From assembly GCA_951406725.2 (NCBI GenBank), contig OX597828.1, positions 20,708,001 through 20,772,000 on the forward strand: a DNA stretch of 64,000 nucleotides, written 5' to 3'. The translations under genes and the position numbers were made by a program. The stretch comes from Octopus vulgaris (taxonomy: Eukaryota). Below are positions 29,920 through 41,828 of this stretch, piece by piece. Within the stretch, counting starts at the first letter, position 1; each line of letters starts with the position of its first letter. The notes under the pieces were generated by a model. The model worked only from the letters and a program-made list of their open reading frames with translations. It had not been told where the DNA came from and did no database searches.

Positions 29920-30895
29920 GAGCATTGTGTGTATGTGTGTGTGTGATACAATAAGTGAGTGATGTAGTGACAGAGTGATGTTGTGAGTGTGTATGAATGA
30001 GTGTTTGAGTGATGGAGTGAGTGAGTGAAGAGTGTGATTGATTGACAGGTGAGTGATACAATGAGTGAGCGACAGAATGAGTGAGTGAGTGAAGAGTGTG
30101 ATTGATTGACCGGCGAGTGATACAATGAGTGAGTGACAGAGTGAATGAGTGTGTGAGTGAGGGAGTGAGGGAGAAAGAGTGTGATTGATTGACAAATGAG
30201 TGATACACTGAGTGAGCAATGTAGTGAGTGTGAGTGAATGAGTGTGTGAGTGATGGAGTGAGGGAGTGAAGTGTTGTTGATTGATAGATGAGTGATACAA
30301 GTGAATGATACAATGAGTGAGTGACAGAATGAGTGAGTTAGTGATGTAGTGAGTGTGAGTGAAGGAGTGAGTGAAGAGTGATTGATTGATAGATGAGCAA
30401 AACAAGTGAGTGATACAATGAGTGAATGACAGAATGAGTGATTGATTGATGTAGTGAGTGTGAGTGTATGAGTAATAGAGTGTAAGAGTGGGTGAATGTG
30501 TGAGTGGGTGGGTGAGTCAGTGAAAGATAGACTGAAGTGAGTGATGGAGAATGAGAGTGATGAAAGATGCTTGAAACAGACACCATGATGGATATGAGAG
30601 TGGGAGTGAAGGTGGTAGTGGTGGTGGGAGAGATAGGGTGAGAAACTAAGTGAATGGTAGAGTGAGAGGTAGAGAGAGGAACAGAGTACTAGAGCAGGAG
30701 AAAGAGTGGGAGATTGAGACAAACATAGAGAGGAAGGTAGAGTGAAGGGCAGAGGAGAGTGAGTGAAAGACAAAGTATAAGACGGAAAGACCTAGAGTGA
30801 GTATGAGATAGAGTGGATTGACCGAATGTGAGGTTGAGTGAAATGGCTGAGTAGAAGATGGAATGGAATGACTGAGTGTGCGGCTGAGTGTAACA
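29920..30895. repeat. (GAGT)n-like low-complexity tract in the last endophilin intron
   Basis: Repeated gagtgagtga / gatacaatgagtga units; source of the spurious His/Ser/Thr-rich ORFs. Confidence 0.85.
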
Positions 30896-31336
30896 CTTAA
30901 GTGCAAGACTGAGCACCTTGGTGATATGAACGGCATCTGGCCACAGAAAACCTTATAAAAATGGGGGCGTTGACGCTCAATGCAGTCCTCGGGCTTGCTG
31001 CACTCATGATCACATAGGTTAGATAGATGTTAAATGATATAATTATATATCTGTCCAACCCATGGAAAATAGACATTAAATGATGATGATGATGATGATG
31101 ATGATGATATATATATATATCCGAGTTTATATGACTGTGTATGGAAGAATATATTAACCAATGAAATTCCAACTTAGTCTCATTTTTACATTTCATTATT
31201 TACAGTTTTTACAATTTTACAATATAGTAATAGAGTATTATATATCTATTGTTATAAAACTAGTACTTTCCATGCATTATGCAATCATCGGGTTTATGTA
31301 GTAGTAGTCGTAGAAAGTGACAGTTAAGTTCCACAA

Positions 31337-31675
31337 TTGACATCATCATTATCATCATCGTTTAACGTCCGTTTTCCATGCTGGCATGGGTTGGACGGTT
31401 CGACTGGGGTTTGGGAAGCCAGGAGGTTGCACCAGGCTCCAGTCTGATCTGGCAGTGTTTCAACAGCTGGATGCCCTTCCTGACACCAACCACTCCAAGA
31501 GTGTAGAGGGTGATTTTTTTTACGTGCCACTGGCACAGGGGCCAGACAGGGCTGGGCATTAGCCATGTTTGGATGTTGCTTTTTACGTGCCACCAGCACA
31601 GGAGCCAGTCAGGGCGAGGGGACTGGCAACGACCATATTTGGATGGTGCTTGTTACATGCCACTAGCATGGGGGA
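31337..31675 (-). mobile_element. SINE/LINE 3' tail ending in (GAT)n
   Basis: catcatcgtttaacgtccgttttccatgctggcatgggttggacgg...gctggatgcccttcc; shorter copies near 19265, 34480, 43480 and 58705. Confidence 0.65.
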
Positions 31676-31679
31676 CATA

Positions 31680-31742
<63 letters not shown>

Positions 31743-31838
31743 TATTAGACACACACACATGTGCATAGATGTACATATTCATATGTACAAGAATACAAGA
31801 ATACATATATACAATTGTATATGTTCACTTGTGTGTTC

Positions 31839-31874
<36 letters not shown>

Positions 31875-31883
<9 letters not shown>

Positions 31884-32505
31884 GATAATATTGATATTTA
31901 AGTATCCATATTATCTAGTGGCCAGCATGGGAAAAATACCGTACAAAGGTAATAATTTTTAACAATTAAAAATGAGGGTGTCTAAGAGACACCAACATGC
32001 CGAAATAGCAGTCGAAACTCTGACTATAAAAAAATTATTACCTTTGTACGGTATTTTTCCCATGCTGGCCACTAGATAATATGGATACTTAAATATCGAT
32101 ATTATCCTCATATATAAATATATATAATTCGTTATTATTTTCACTGCGGTGTTTATTTTAACCGTGTCGTACTTTGGGATGATTCGGCGGGTAATTTAAC
32201 TGGCCGCGTGCATACGTGCATATGTATTTATGTATGGACGTTCGTATGTGTAAGTATATCGTTTGTTCTGCATGTATATATCTGTATTTATGTACTCTTG
32301 ATATATTCAACCGATGACGGTAAAGCTTATTTAAAGCAAAACCAGAAATCCTGGATCTTGAATTATTCAATAATTTTTGCTTGTATATTTTGTCTATCTG
32401 TCTTATCTCATGGTGCGACACGAACCCTTAACGTGGTTTTTATAGTCAGAGTTTCGACTGCTATTTCGGCATGTTGGTGTCTCTTAGACACCCTCATTTT
32501 TAATT
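31875..32505. mobile_element. Double inverted-repeat element in (TA)n
   Basis: Arms 31875-31960 / 32030-32116 are near-perfect; the spacer 31964-32032 is itself repeated inverted at 32437-32505. Confidence 0.7.
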
Positions 32506-32568
32506 ATATATATATATATATATACATATACAATATGTATATATATATATACATATACATATATATAG

Positions 32569-32690
32569 CATGGTTCCGGGTTCATTCCCACTGTGTGACA
32601 CCTTGGGCAAGTGTCTTGTACTATAGCCTCAGGCTCACCAAAGCATTGTGAGTGGATTTGGTAGACAGAAACTAAAAGAAGCCTGTCGTA

Positions 32691-32757
<67 letters not shown>

Positions 32758-32970
32758 GTGTGTATATGTTTGTGCGTCTGTGTTTGTCCCCCCCATCATC
32801 GACTGACAACCAATGGTGGTGTGTTTACATCCCCGTAACTTAGCGGTTCAGCAAAAGAGACTAATAGAATAAGTACTAGGCTTCCAAAGAATAAGTCCTG
32901 GGGTCGATTTGCTCGACTAAAGGCAGTACTCCAGCATGGCCACAGTCAAATGACTGAAACAAGTAAAAGA
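32569..32970 (+). mobile_element. SINE family B with internal (TA)n and 3' tail
   Basis: Body 32569-32690; tail ...ccagcatggccacagtcaaatgactgaaacaagtaaaaga. Confidence 0.8.
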
Positions 32971-33030
32971 GATAAAAGAGATAAGAATACATATATACAA
33001 TTGTATACATGCACGTGTGTGTCATATATA

Positions 33031-33085
33031 TCGCTCAGTGGATATAATGTCAAGCTTACAATTATGAGGTAGCGAGTTCGATTCC
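33031..33085 (+). promoter_or_regulatory. tRNA-like Pol III internal promoter (isolated SINE head), antisense to an endophilin exon
   Basis: A-box-like TCGCTCAGTGG (33031-41) and B box AGTTCGATTCC (33075-85). Confidence 0.45.
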
Positions 33086-33118
33086 TGGAATGCACATACA
33101 TATTCAGTTTGCACTTAC

Positions 33119-33294
33119 CTGATTCGCCTAGAGAAGCTGTGCTAGGGAAGTTGTAACCACCACCCGAGCTGCTGGATGTAGCATCTCCGAAACCGTCATC
33201 ATCGTTGAACGGAGATGGGGAGGCACTCCGACGGAAGGAAGTTACACGTTTTACAACATGGTCAGATTTTGGACGACTGACAGCATCTTCCCTC
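33119..33294 (-). CDS. EndoA: Endophilin-A exon (BAR-SH3 linker): REDAVSRPKSDHVVKRVTSFRRSASPSPFNDDDGFGDATSSSSGGGYNFPSTASLGES
   Basis: ttctttacag|G AGG GAA...GAA TCA G|gtaagt; 176 nt, phase 2 to 1, joining AA+G (Lys) upstream and G+TG (Val) downstream. Lies within ORF 32946..33371. Confidence 0.9.
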
Positions 33295-33303
33295 CTGTAA
33301 AGA

Positions 33304-33351
<48 letters not shown>

Positions 33352-33352
<1 letters not shown>

Positions 33353-33564
33353 GTTTCAAGTTTTGGCACAATGCCAGCAGGTTTGGGCAAGGGGTAAGTC
33401 AATTACATTGACCCCAGTGTTCAACTGGTATTTATTTTATTGACCCCGAAAGGATGAAAAGCAAAGTCATCCTCAGTGGAATTTGAACTCAGAACATAGT
33501 GATGGGTAAAAACACTGCTAAGCATTTTGTCCAGCATTCTAACAATTCTGCCAGCTTCCTACCT

Positions 33565-33608
<44 letters not shown>

Positions 33609-33827
33609 CCTTTCTACTATAGGCACAAGGCCTGAAATTTGTGGGGAGGCGGATAGTCAATCATATTGACCCCATCACTTGACTTGTATTTAATTTATCG
33701 ACCCCAAAAGGATGAAAGGTAACGTCTACCTCAGTAGCATTTCAACTCAGAAAATACAGACAGACAAAATACTCTAGACACTAGACATTCTGCCGTCATG
33801 TTAATGATTCTGCCAGCTCACTGCCTT
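33352..33827 (-). mobile_element. Two family A SINEs head-to-tail
   Basis: Same consensus as above, separated by (AAT)n. Confidence 0.8.
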
Positions 33828-33828
33828 A

Positions 33829-33892
<64 letters not shown>

Positions 33893-33895
<3 letters not shown>

Positions 33896-34449
33896 GCCCT
33901 GATGCAATACCAGGCAGTGGCTCTCATGGCTTGTGATCTTAACTGATTGGAAGTGTTATCATGTACATTGTTTTGTCTTGGTATAAAGATGGGCTACAGG
34001 AAATATTCTGCTCAATACCACAGATTTGCTTGTCAGTTGTTTGACCTTAACCAGTTGAGCATGTCCCTTAGTGGTTGACAATATGTGCATCTCTGATCAC
34101 AAGTAGAAGTAGTGGGGGAGTTTCATAGCCGTGTGTTGAGAGGAATTCTTGGAAGTTTGGATAATTCACCTTTGGAAACAAGGGTGTTTCGTGCAACATA
34201 CTTAAACAACTCTTATTCAGGGACCATTTAAGCAGGATGGGCTACTCAACCTGAAGAAAATTCTAACTGGGCCCCACCTGCAAGGTCATGTGCTGTTTAT
34301 CTTGATATGAGATCACCATGTCGCACACATAAGGTTGTGATGCATGTGCATAGTGTACCCTTATCAGACGGGTAGTCATGACAGGTATACTGGGCTTCAT
34401 ATATTTTACCCCAGTGTCACTTTGATGGCATGCTCTGCTCTCTCATTCA
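33893..34449. mobile_element. ~555-nt interspersed element inserted in (AAT)n
   Basis: GC-richer block with sharp boundaries and (AAT)n on both sides; recognised from memory as a common octopus repeat; no ORF or TIR. Confidence 0.55.
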
Positions 34450-34610
34450 ATAATAATAATAATATATATATCATCATCATCATCATTTAGCACCTGTTTT
34501 CCATGCTGGAATGGGTTGGACATGTTAGCATACATGGCAGGTCAACTAAACACTAGATTAAGTATTTAAAGGCACCAAATGGCATTATTGCATTTTGAGA
34601 AATAAACAGA

Positions 34611-34953
34611 AATATATCAATGACTTGTAGGGACGCAGTATTTCATTATGCAACCATTATATACCATGAAGTATATTAAACGTTTTTATAAGTCAATACC
34701 ATATTCTACTGTGTTAGTAGTGCTCCTACATCAATTGTTAAGATTATCTTTAGATATTATAGAAATTATAGCCAACCTGATTTTGTTACATTTTATATCC
34801 GAGACGACAAATGTAAGCAACCTTAACAAATGATGTAAAGCGCACTGCTAACACAGTAGGACATGGTATTGACTCATAAAAACATTTAATATACTTTATA
34901 GTATGTTTATGGTTGCATAAAAATTACTGCATACCTAAAAGTCATTTATATTT
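34611..34953. mobile_element. Old fold-back/MITE-like inverted repeat
   Basis: ~130-nt imperfect arms 34611-34742 / 34822-34953 (e.g. agtcaataccat / atggtattgact). Confidence 0.65.
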
Positions 34954-35911
34954 ATGTACCAGCTTCCAGAAATATGTTTGATATGTAAAATTGATATATC
35001 CAATAATGTTACACTGTGTTTGGTCTCATTGTTCACTTAGATCTGATGTCTTGGATATGGAACATCATAACAAAAATTAGTACTGGCTACCATTTCTATA
35101 AAATATCTGTAGCGATAATTTGTGGTGTCCACTGACACAAGTTTCCAACCTCAAATGCTCCTGCCCCTCTCATAAATCCTTGTCTTATGAGTTATTTGGC
35201 TACCCTGCCAGTAATGTTGCCATGTAAAAGCATCCGGTCCACACTGTTAAGTGGTTGGCATTTGGAAGGGCATCCAGCTGTAAAAAGCATGCCAAAACTA
35301 ACCTCGCCTGTGCTAGTGCCACATAAAAAGCAATGTTGGTGTGTTTACGTTCCTGTGACATAGTGGTTTGGCAAAAGAGACCGACAGAAAAAGTACCAGG
35401 CTTACAAAGAATAAGTCCTGGTGTCGATTTGTTCGACCAAAACTCCTTAAGGTGGTGCTCCAGCATGGCTGCAGTCAAATGACTAAAACCAAGTAAAAAA
35501 GTAAACAAATAAAAGAATATATATAGGTAGTGGGGCTCCAAAAGAAGTCCCAGTGGGGGCTCCAAAAGGGGTCTCAGGGAGTAGCGTCCCTGCCTTTCTG
35601 AGCTAGTTTTCCACCACATTTCTTAAAATTCATGGTAGAGGCCTTGTTCTTGGGACCACTCATGCCTAGAAACTGTGGTTGGGGGTAAGCATGATCATGC
35701 TCCCCGTAGAAAATCCAGCTCCAAAAAATCCCTCATAATAGCAAAGGAGAATTGGCACCAGCCAACCCAAAGGTTGGGGTGGGTTGCACCTGCCTACCTC
35801 GGTTGCTATGGCATTGAGGTAGATCCAGCCACCCCAGTTAACAGGGACAAAACCCAGATTTGAAACAAAGGACAATGATGATGATGATATAGGAGCTACT
35901 TACCACACAAG

Positions 35912-36298
35912 AGTGGCTGTGTGGTAAGTAGCTTGCTTACCAACCACATGCTTCTGGGTTCAGTCCCACCGCGTGGGACCTTGGACAAGTGTCTTCTTCA
36001 ATAGCCTCGGGCTGACCAAAGCCTTGTGAGTGGATTTGGTAGACAGAAACTGAAAAAAGCCTGTCGTATATACGTATATATGTGTGTGTATATATGTTTG
36101 TGTGTCTGCGTTTGTCCCCCCCAACATTGCTTGACAATCAATGCTGGTGTGTTTTCATCCCTGTAACTTAGCGGTTCGGCAAAAGGGACCAATAGAATAA
36201 GTACTTGGCTTACAAAGAATAAGTCGATTTGCTCAACTAAAGGCGGTGCTCCAGCATGGCCACAGTCAAATGACTGAAACAAGTTAAAGAGTAAAGAG
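35912..36298 (+). mobile_element. SINE family B, near full length
   Basis: Head gagtggctgtgtggtaag through tail gactgaaacaagttaaagag. Confidence 0.85.
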
Positions 36299-36393
36299 TA
36301 TATGTACAAACACACACACACACATGCGCACGCGCACATATACATGCATGCACACACATGCCCGTACGCACATACAACAACAGTGTTACTTAC

Positions 36394-36497
36394 TTGTAGT
36401 CAAGTGTCTCACAAAGTCGCTCAAGAATTGAGGCAGACTGTTTATGGTAGTTTGTTATAGCCTCCACGAAAGCTTGCAACTGGGTGATTTGCTCCAC
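36394..36497 (-). CDS. EndoA: Endophilin-A exon (BAR helix 3): VEQITQLQAFVEAITNYHKQSASILERLCETLDY(K)
   Basis: gttacag|GTG GAG CAA...GAC TAC AA|gtaagt; 104 nt, phase 0 to 2, in frame with both neighbours. Resembles '[25 protein letters not shown]'. Confidence 0.93.
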
Positions 36498-36552
36498 CTG
36501 TAACAATAACAATTAGGACAACAGTAGTACATGTAGTAGTAGTGGTGGTGGT

Positions 36553-37302
36553 GGTTTCAGATTTTGCTATCAAGGACAGCAAGGAGTGGGGTAAGTCAAT
36601 TAAAGCAACCCCAGTCTTCAACTCGTATTTATTTTATCAACCCCCAAGAGGTTGGAAAGCAAAGCTGATATTGGATGAATTTGAACTTAGAACTTAAAGA
36701 CGGACGAAGTGCCGCTAAGCATTTTGCTCGGCGTCCTAATGATTCTGCCACCTCACCACCTTAAACGATAATGATAATAATAATAATGATGATAATAAAA
36801 TAACTATGACAATGATAGTAAAAATAGAAGTAATAATAATAATGATAATAATAATAATCACTTCTACTAAAGGTACAAGGTCTGAAATTCTGGGGGAGAG
36901 GACTAGATGATTATATCGACCCCAGTGCTTCACTGGTACTTAATTTATCGACCCCGAAAATATGAAAGGTAAAGTCGACCTCGGCGGAATTTGAACTCAG
37001 AATGTTAAGATGGACAAAATGCCACTAAGCATTTCAAGCAGAATGCTAACGATTCTGCCAGCTTCCCGCCTTCATAATAATAATAATAATCCTTTCTACT
37101 ATAGGCACGAGGCCTGAAATTTTGAGGAAGCGGGAGAGTTGATTACATTAACACAGTGCGTAACTGGTACTTAATTTACTGACTCTGAATGGATGAAAGA
37201 CAGAGTCGACCATGGTGGAATTTGAACTCAGAACGTAGCGACAGGTAAAATGCTGTAAAGCATTTCATCCAGTGTGCCAATGATTCTGCCAGCTCACTGC
37301 CT
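36553..37302 (-). mobile_element. Three family A SINEs filling an endophilin intron
   Basis: Copies near 36553, 36859 and 37090 separated by AAT-rich tracts. Confidence 0.8.
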
Positions 37303-37313
37303 TGGTAACAATA

Positions 37314-37361
<48 letters not shown>

Positions 37362-37469
37362 TTCTTACATTAGTAATAGGAACGGAATTTTAACAAAGGT
37401 ACTTATAGGATATTTACTCAAGGCAGTATGAAGACACATGCAAAATACACACACCACTCAAATACTTAC

Positions 37470-37570
37470 ATCATTATCAAGTAAATTAAACATAGCTGTC
37501 TCTGTGATAGCTTTGGTTTCTTCAAACTTTTCCTCGGCTGTTTTCAATTCATCATCAGCAATACCAGAGC
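37470..37570 (-). CDS. EndoA: Endophilin-A exon (BAR domain, distal tip and start of helix 3): (G)SGIADDELKTAEEKFEETKAITETAMFNLLDND
   Basis: Minus strand tcttctccag|GC TCT GGT...AAT GAT|gtaagt; 101 nt, phase 1 to 0. The peptide resembles vertebrate endophilin-A '[31 protein letters not shown]' (from memory). Confidence 0.93.
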
Positions 37571-38053
37571 CTGGAGAAGACAACAAAAGAATTTAGTTTA
37601 GAAACGGCATAAAATCACAGGTGTTTTTTTTCTCCACCAATACATCATTTCTCATAAAACAACAAACAACTCATACAAAAAACTTCAATAAACCTCAACG
37701 AACCTACAAGGAGAGAATACAACGGATAATATACTATAATAAATATTATTTTTAAAAATCACTATATTGAATAAACATTTAAAATTTAATTTAGTGATTT
37801 TTTAATAATATTTATTAATTTAGTGATTTTTTAAATAATATCTATTAATTTAGTGATTTTTTGAATAATGTTTATTATAGTATATTTAAATTTTTTATAT
37901 ATAATACAGATAATATCTCAATATTGAATTACTTAACAGAGGTTATTTCTCTTAATTGTATACATATATTATATATTGTGAAATTTGATTTAGAATTGCT
38001 AAATTGAATTTTCCCCTGTAAGTTTCGAATTATATTCCCTACTATTATTTTTA

Positions 38054-38105
<52 letters not shown>

Positions 38106-38597
38106 AGAAACGAGGTTTATTTCCGTGTAAGAATTAATATTGATGTGTTAATTTGGAGTTTGAAAATGCACTTGGAGGCTTCAAACAAATTGTAGCTTTT
38201 CAATTTTTTTTGAGCAAATTTATTAAAATACCCTACTGGTTTCAGCAATTAATTCATTTTCCAACAGGTAAATTTAAAAAGTTTACAAGAAATTAAAGAT
38301 ACCAGAGAGAAAATTTGGCGAAACATGCTTACTAGAATCAAACATTCATACAGATTCAAATGTGCAATAAATTTCAAATGAATAGAAAATAATGAAAGTT
38401 CAATCGTTTAATGAATTTCATAATGATAATACTTGATAGAGAATTCAGTGGATTTCAAAGGAATAAGTTATATAAACGCTTAGTTTTCAAAAGCCGCATA
38501 ACACCCAATTGTCCTAAAACATTGTAATCGTGAGTGTAACGCACCAACAACTAAGCCCAGCACATTCACACACACACACACACCGACACATAATATA

Positions 38598-38639
<42 letters not shown>

Positions 38640-39144
38640 ACCAAGTGTTTCGAATAGAAATCGGGTGAACTTCAGATATATAAATGAATTAGACCACAAA
38701 TATTCAGTCCTTTCATACCAAAAGAGATGTGTGTGTGTGTGTGTATGTGTGTGTGTGCGTGCGCAGAGAGAGAGAGAGAGAGTGATGAGCCAATATTTTT
38801 CACGCGGATGTTTTATAAACAGAATATATAATTCAACTGTAAGGGCGATAACTCTCAGTGACTTTGAAAGATCTAGGGGAGATAATTCACATGCAAAACT
38901 GCCAGAATTTTTTTATTCATGAATTTAAACTCAGAAAATTCCCGATAAAGACGGCTTAGCGAATCCTAGTTTACATTTTTAGCCATACATATCGATATTA
39001 TCACAATTTCGTTACGGATGCCTTTCATTTAATACGCCACTAACATCGTGGTACAACAAGAAAGCTTTCAACTAGTCAAGGAAAATAATTTGTCATCTAG
39101 CCTGCATGAAATGTTGATTTCGGCAAGCGCAAATTCTTATCTTT

Positions 39145-39495
39145 TACTTGTTTCAATCATTGGACTGCGGCCATACTGGGGCACCGCCTTGGAAAAATTT
39201 TAGTCGAATGAATCGACCCCAGTATTTGGTACTTGTTTTTTCAAACTCTGGCACTATCGATCTATTTTGCCGAACCACTAAGTTATGGGGACGTAAACAT
39301 ACCAACATCAGTTGTCAAGCGGCGGGGAACTAACACACAACGATCTTCCTTCAGTTTCTGTCTACCAAATACACTCACAAGACTTTGGTCGGCCCGAGGC
39401 TATAGTAGAAGACACTTGCCCAAGGTGCCACGCAGTGAAACTGAACCCGGAACCATGTTGTTGGGAGGCAAGTTTCTTAACACATAGCCACGCCT
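39145..39495 (-). mobile_element. SINE family B
   Basis: Reverse-orientation copy of the same consensus. Confidence 0.8.
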
Positions 39496-40269
39496 GTCTT
39501 TTTCTTTTGCTTTTTTTAAAATTTACTGAATAATACTATAGTCATCATAACACCAGTAGAATAGAATAGAATAAAATAGAAGCGAGCAGAAGAGAGAGCC
39601 GCTATGAATTCGTCCGACCAGCTAGAAAAAACACCCACATTTCTCTACTCATGAAAATGGTGAAAGACGTTGAGTAATAGTCTTAAATAGGCAATGCTTG
39701 AAAGTCGTGCGTAGTAGTCATAGCTGAAAATACCTTTAATCATAGGTTTTCTAAATCAAAATCGACAGCATGCTGGCTAAGCAACAACAGCCAAACAATA
39801 TACGGCTTTTCTGCTCAGTAACGCAACGGACTTGAACACACAATCCAAAGTTATTCAATATCTTGTACACAACATCACTATATAAGCATCTCAACACATA
39901 CTAAAAGATTGCCATAAATTACAAGAAATTTCCTTTCTTCTTAATGCGAGATAAATAATTTAGAGAGAAAAAACATACCAAAACAATGTTGAGCAGTTTA
40001 CTCAGGGGCCTGAACTGCATAGAAAACTAACAGTTAAGTTAGTGTTCCATCCATCTATTTTTTCTGCCCACTATTCCTAGCAAGGTGATGGAGGCAGAGC
40101 CCTCAGGCACCCCACTCTCCACAGGGTCCTGTCTGAAATAACCATTATAGCACTTTTTGGCTGGATTCCCAGCTCTGTCCAGCCAAGACTGTGGATAGTT
40201 TCCAATCGTTACAAAATTACTATTTTTTAATTCTCACAACGTGAGACATTCAGCAACAGTACTTTGTAG

Positions 40270-40572
40270 TAAAGATTGTTTGCCAACATAACATGGCAGT
40301 CATGGTTTAGGACTAATTTTGCTATAATTTAGCCCCTGGAGACATCGTCTCCAGCTGGCTACTATTCCATGCTGATGAAGAAAAATAACTCAGAAATCGC
40401 GATACACCGATATTGTTTTGAGCTGAGATGGGGTGCTAGATTCCCTTGTTCGAAAATATAAGGGCACAGATCGGGTCGTATAGCCAGCAGGAGACGATGT
40501 CTCCTGGGGCTAAATTACAGCAACATTAGTCCGAAACCAGGACTGCCATGTCATGTTAGCAAACAATCTTTA
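40270..40572. mobile_element. Fold-back element with hammerhead-like motif in its loop
   Basis: 92-nt arms 40270-40361 / 40481-40572; the loop has CUGAUGA(40372-78)...GAAA UCGCGA UA^(40404) with palindromic stem III. Confidence 0.6.
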
Positions 40573-41682
40573 TCCAACCATTTCGTTCCACATCTACTCT
40601 TGGGTCTCCTGTCGGTTATCACGTCCCCCGATCTTTTCTTGTGACATTCTAGTCCGTATAACTAGAGTCGTAACATCTCAATCTGGAGAAGTTGTGACTC
40701 GACCAGGAGAGACTCTCCGATCTCTCAGCTATGCGTTCTGTCCAGTAACATTACTTAAAAGATTCCCCGGAGGAATCCCCCCCCACCTCGTCCACTTGAA
40801 TTGGCGATCGAAATAAAATAAACCGGAGTTGTCTCCCATTCTTGCCAAAATTGGTTTCAAATTTTGGCACAAGGCCTGCGATTTCGGAGAGGGGGAGGCG
40901 TCTATTACATCGACCTTGTGCTCAACAGATATTTATTTCATCGATCCCGAAAGGATGAAAGGCATAGTCGACTTCGGTGCAATTTGAACTCAGAACTTAA
41001 AGACAGACAAAATGCCGCTAAGCGTTTTGACTAGCCTCATAAGGATTCTAGCAGCTCGCCAGAATTATTAAAATAGCACTCATTGAGCGAATGCTGTCAT
41101 TTCATCACCGCACAGTTTACTTCTAATTAGATTCTCGTTAAATTAAATTTGTAAACGCAAACTTAACTATATTTGGTAAACGGTAATACATGAGTTTGAC
41201 ACGTTCCAATGTCGAAACTCTTGGCCTTCGAGTCACTTTGTAAATTTTACCAATTTTACAAAATTTATTTCGAACGAGGGTATGCAGGGGAGATAATTCA
41301 ACGGGGGAGACAACTCTTGATTTTATACGACATTAAATTCGAAATAGTTTAGTGTAGATTTCGTTGCGCTTTTATTATTTTTTTAATTTAACAGATATAA
41401 CGGATTTTCTTATTTTTGCATGTTCGGAGTATAGAAGTGCGATAGAACTCGAGTCCAAAGAATCAAAATATAGGTCAGAAAAGAATTATATTACCAACGG
41501 TTTTAAAGGCGCTGGATAATCTATCACATACCACAGCTTCACACAATAGACAGGTCAAATAGAGATGTGATCATAGCTATACTATAAAATATGTAGTAGT
41601 ATAATATGAGTAAAGAGATCGAATACTAGCTACAGAATTGTAGGGGTAGCTATAGAAGTATGACGGAAACGATAGAGGTATA

Positions 41683-41828
41683 CCGTATTTTAACGTGTAT
41701 AAGGAACCTTTTATGTCAAAAATTAGGTTTTTAAAAAATATGGGAGTTTTTTATACATAGATAGTATTATAATCCCTTACGAGACCTTTTTCTCCAAAAT
41801 TAGGGGGTTCCTTATACATGTTATATGG
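41683..41828. mobile_element. Decayed pogo/Tigger-like MITE
   Basis: TA|CCGTATTTTAACGTGTATAAGGAACC ... GGTTCCTTATACATGTTATATGG. Confidence 0.55.

Noticed and set aside
29872-30313. His/Ser/Thr-rich N-terminal part of ORF 29678..30313
   Set aside because: It lies upstream of the splice acceptor at 29873-29872 and is intronic (GAGT)n repeat.
38630-38680. Hammerhead-like CUGAAGU...GAAAC on the minus strand next to (TA)n
   Set aside because: Core mismatch and unconvincing stems; too degenerate to support.
41192-41240. Possible hammerhead (GACA...TGTC GAAACTC...GAGTC)
   Set aside because: No CUGANGA core before stem II; explained as a simple hairpin.
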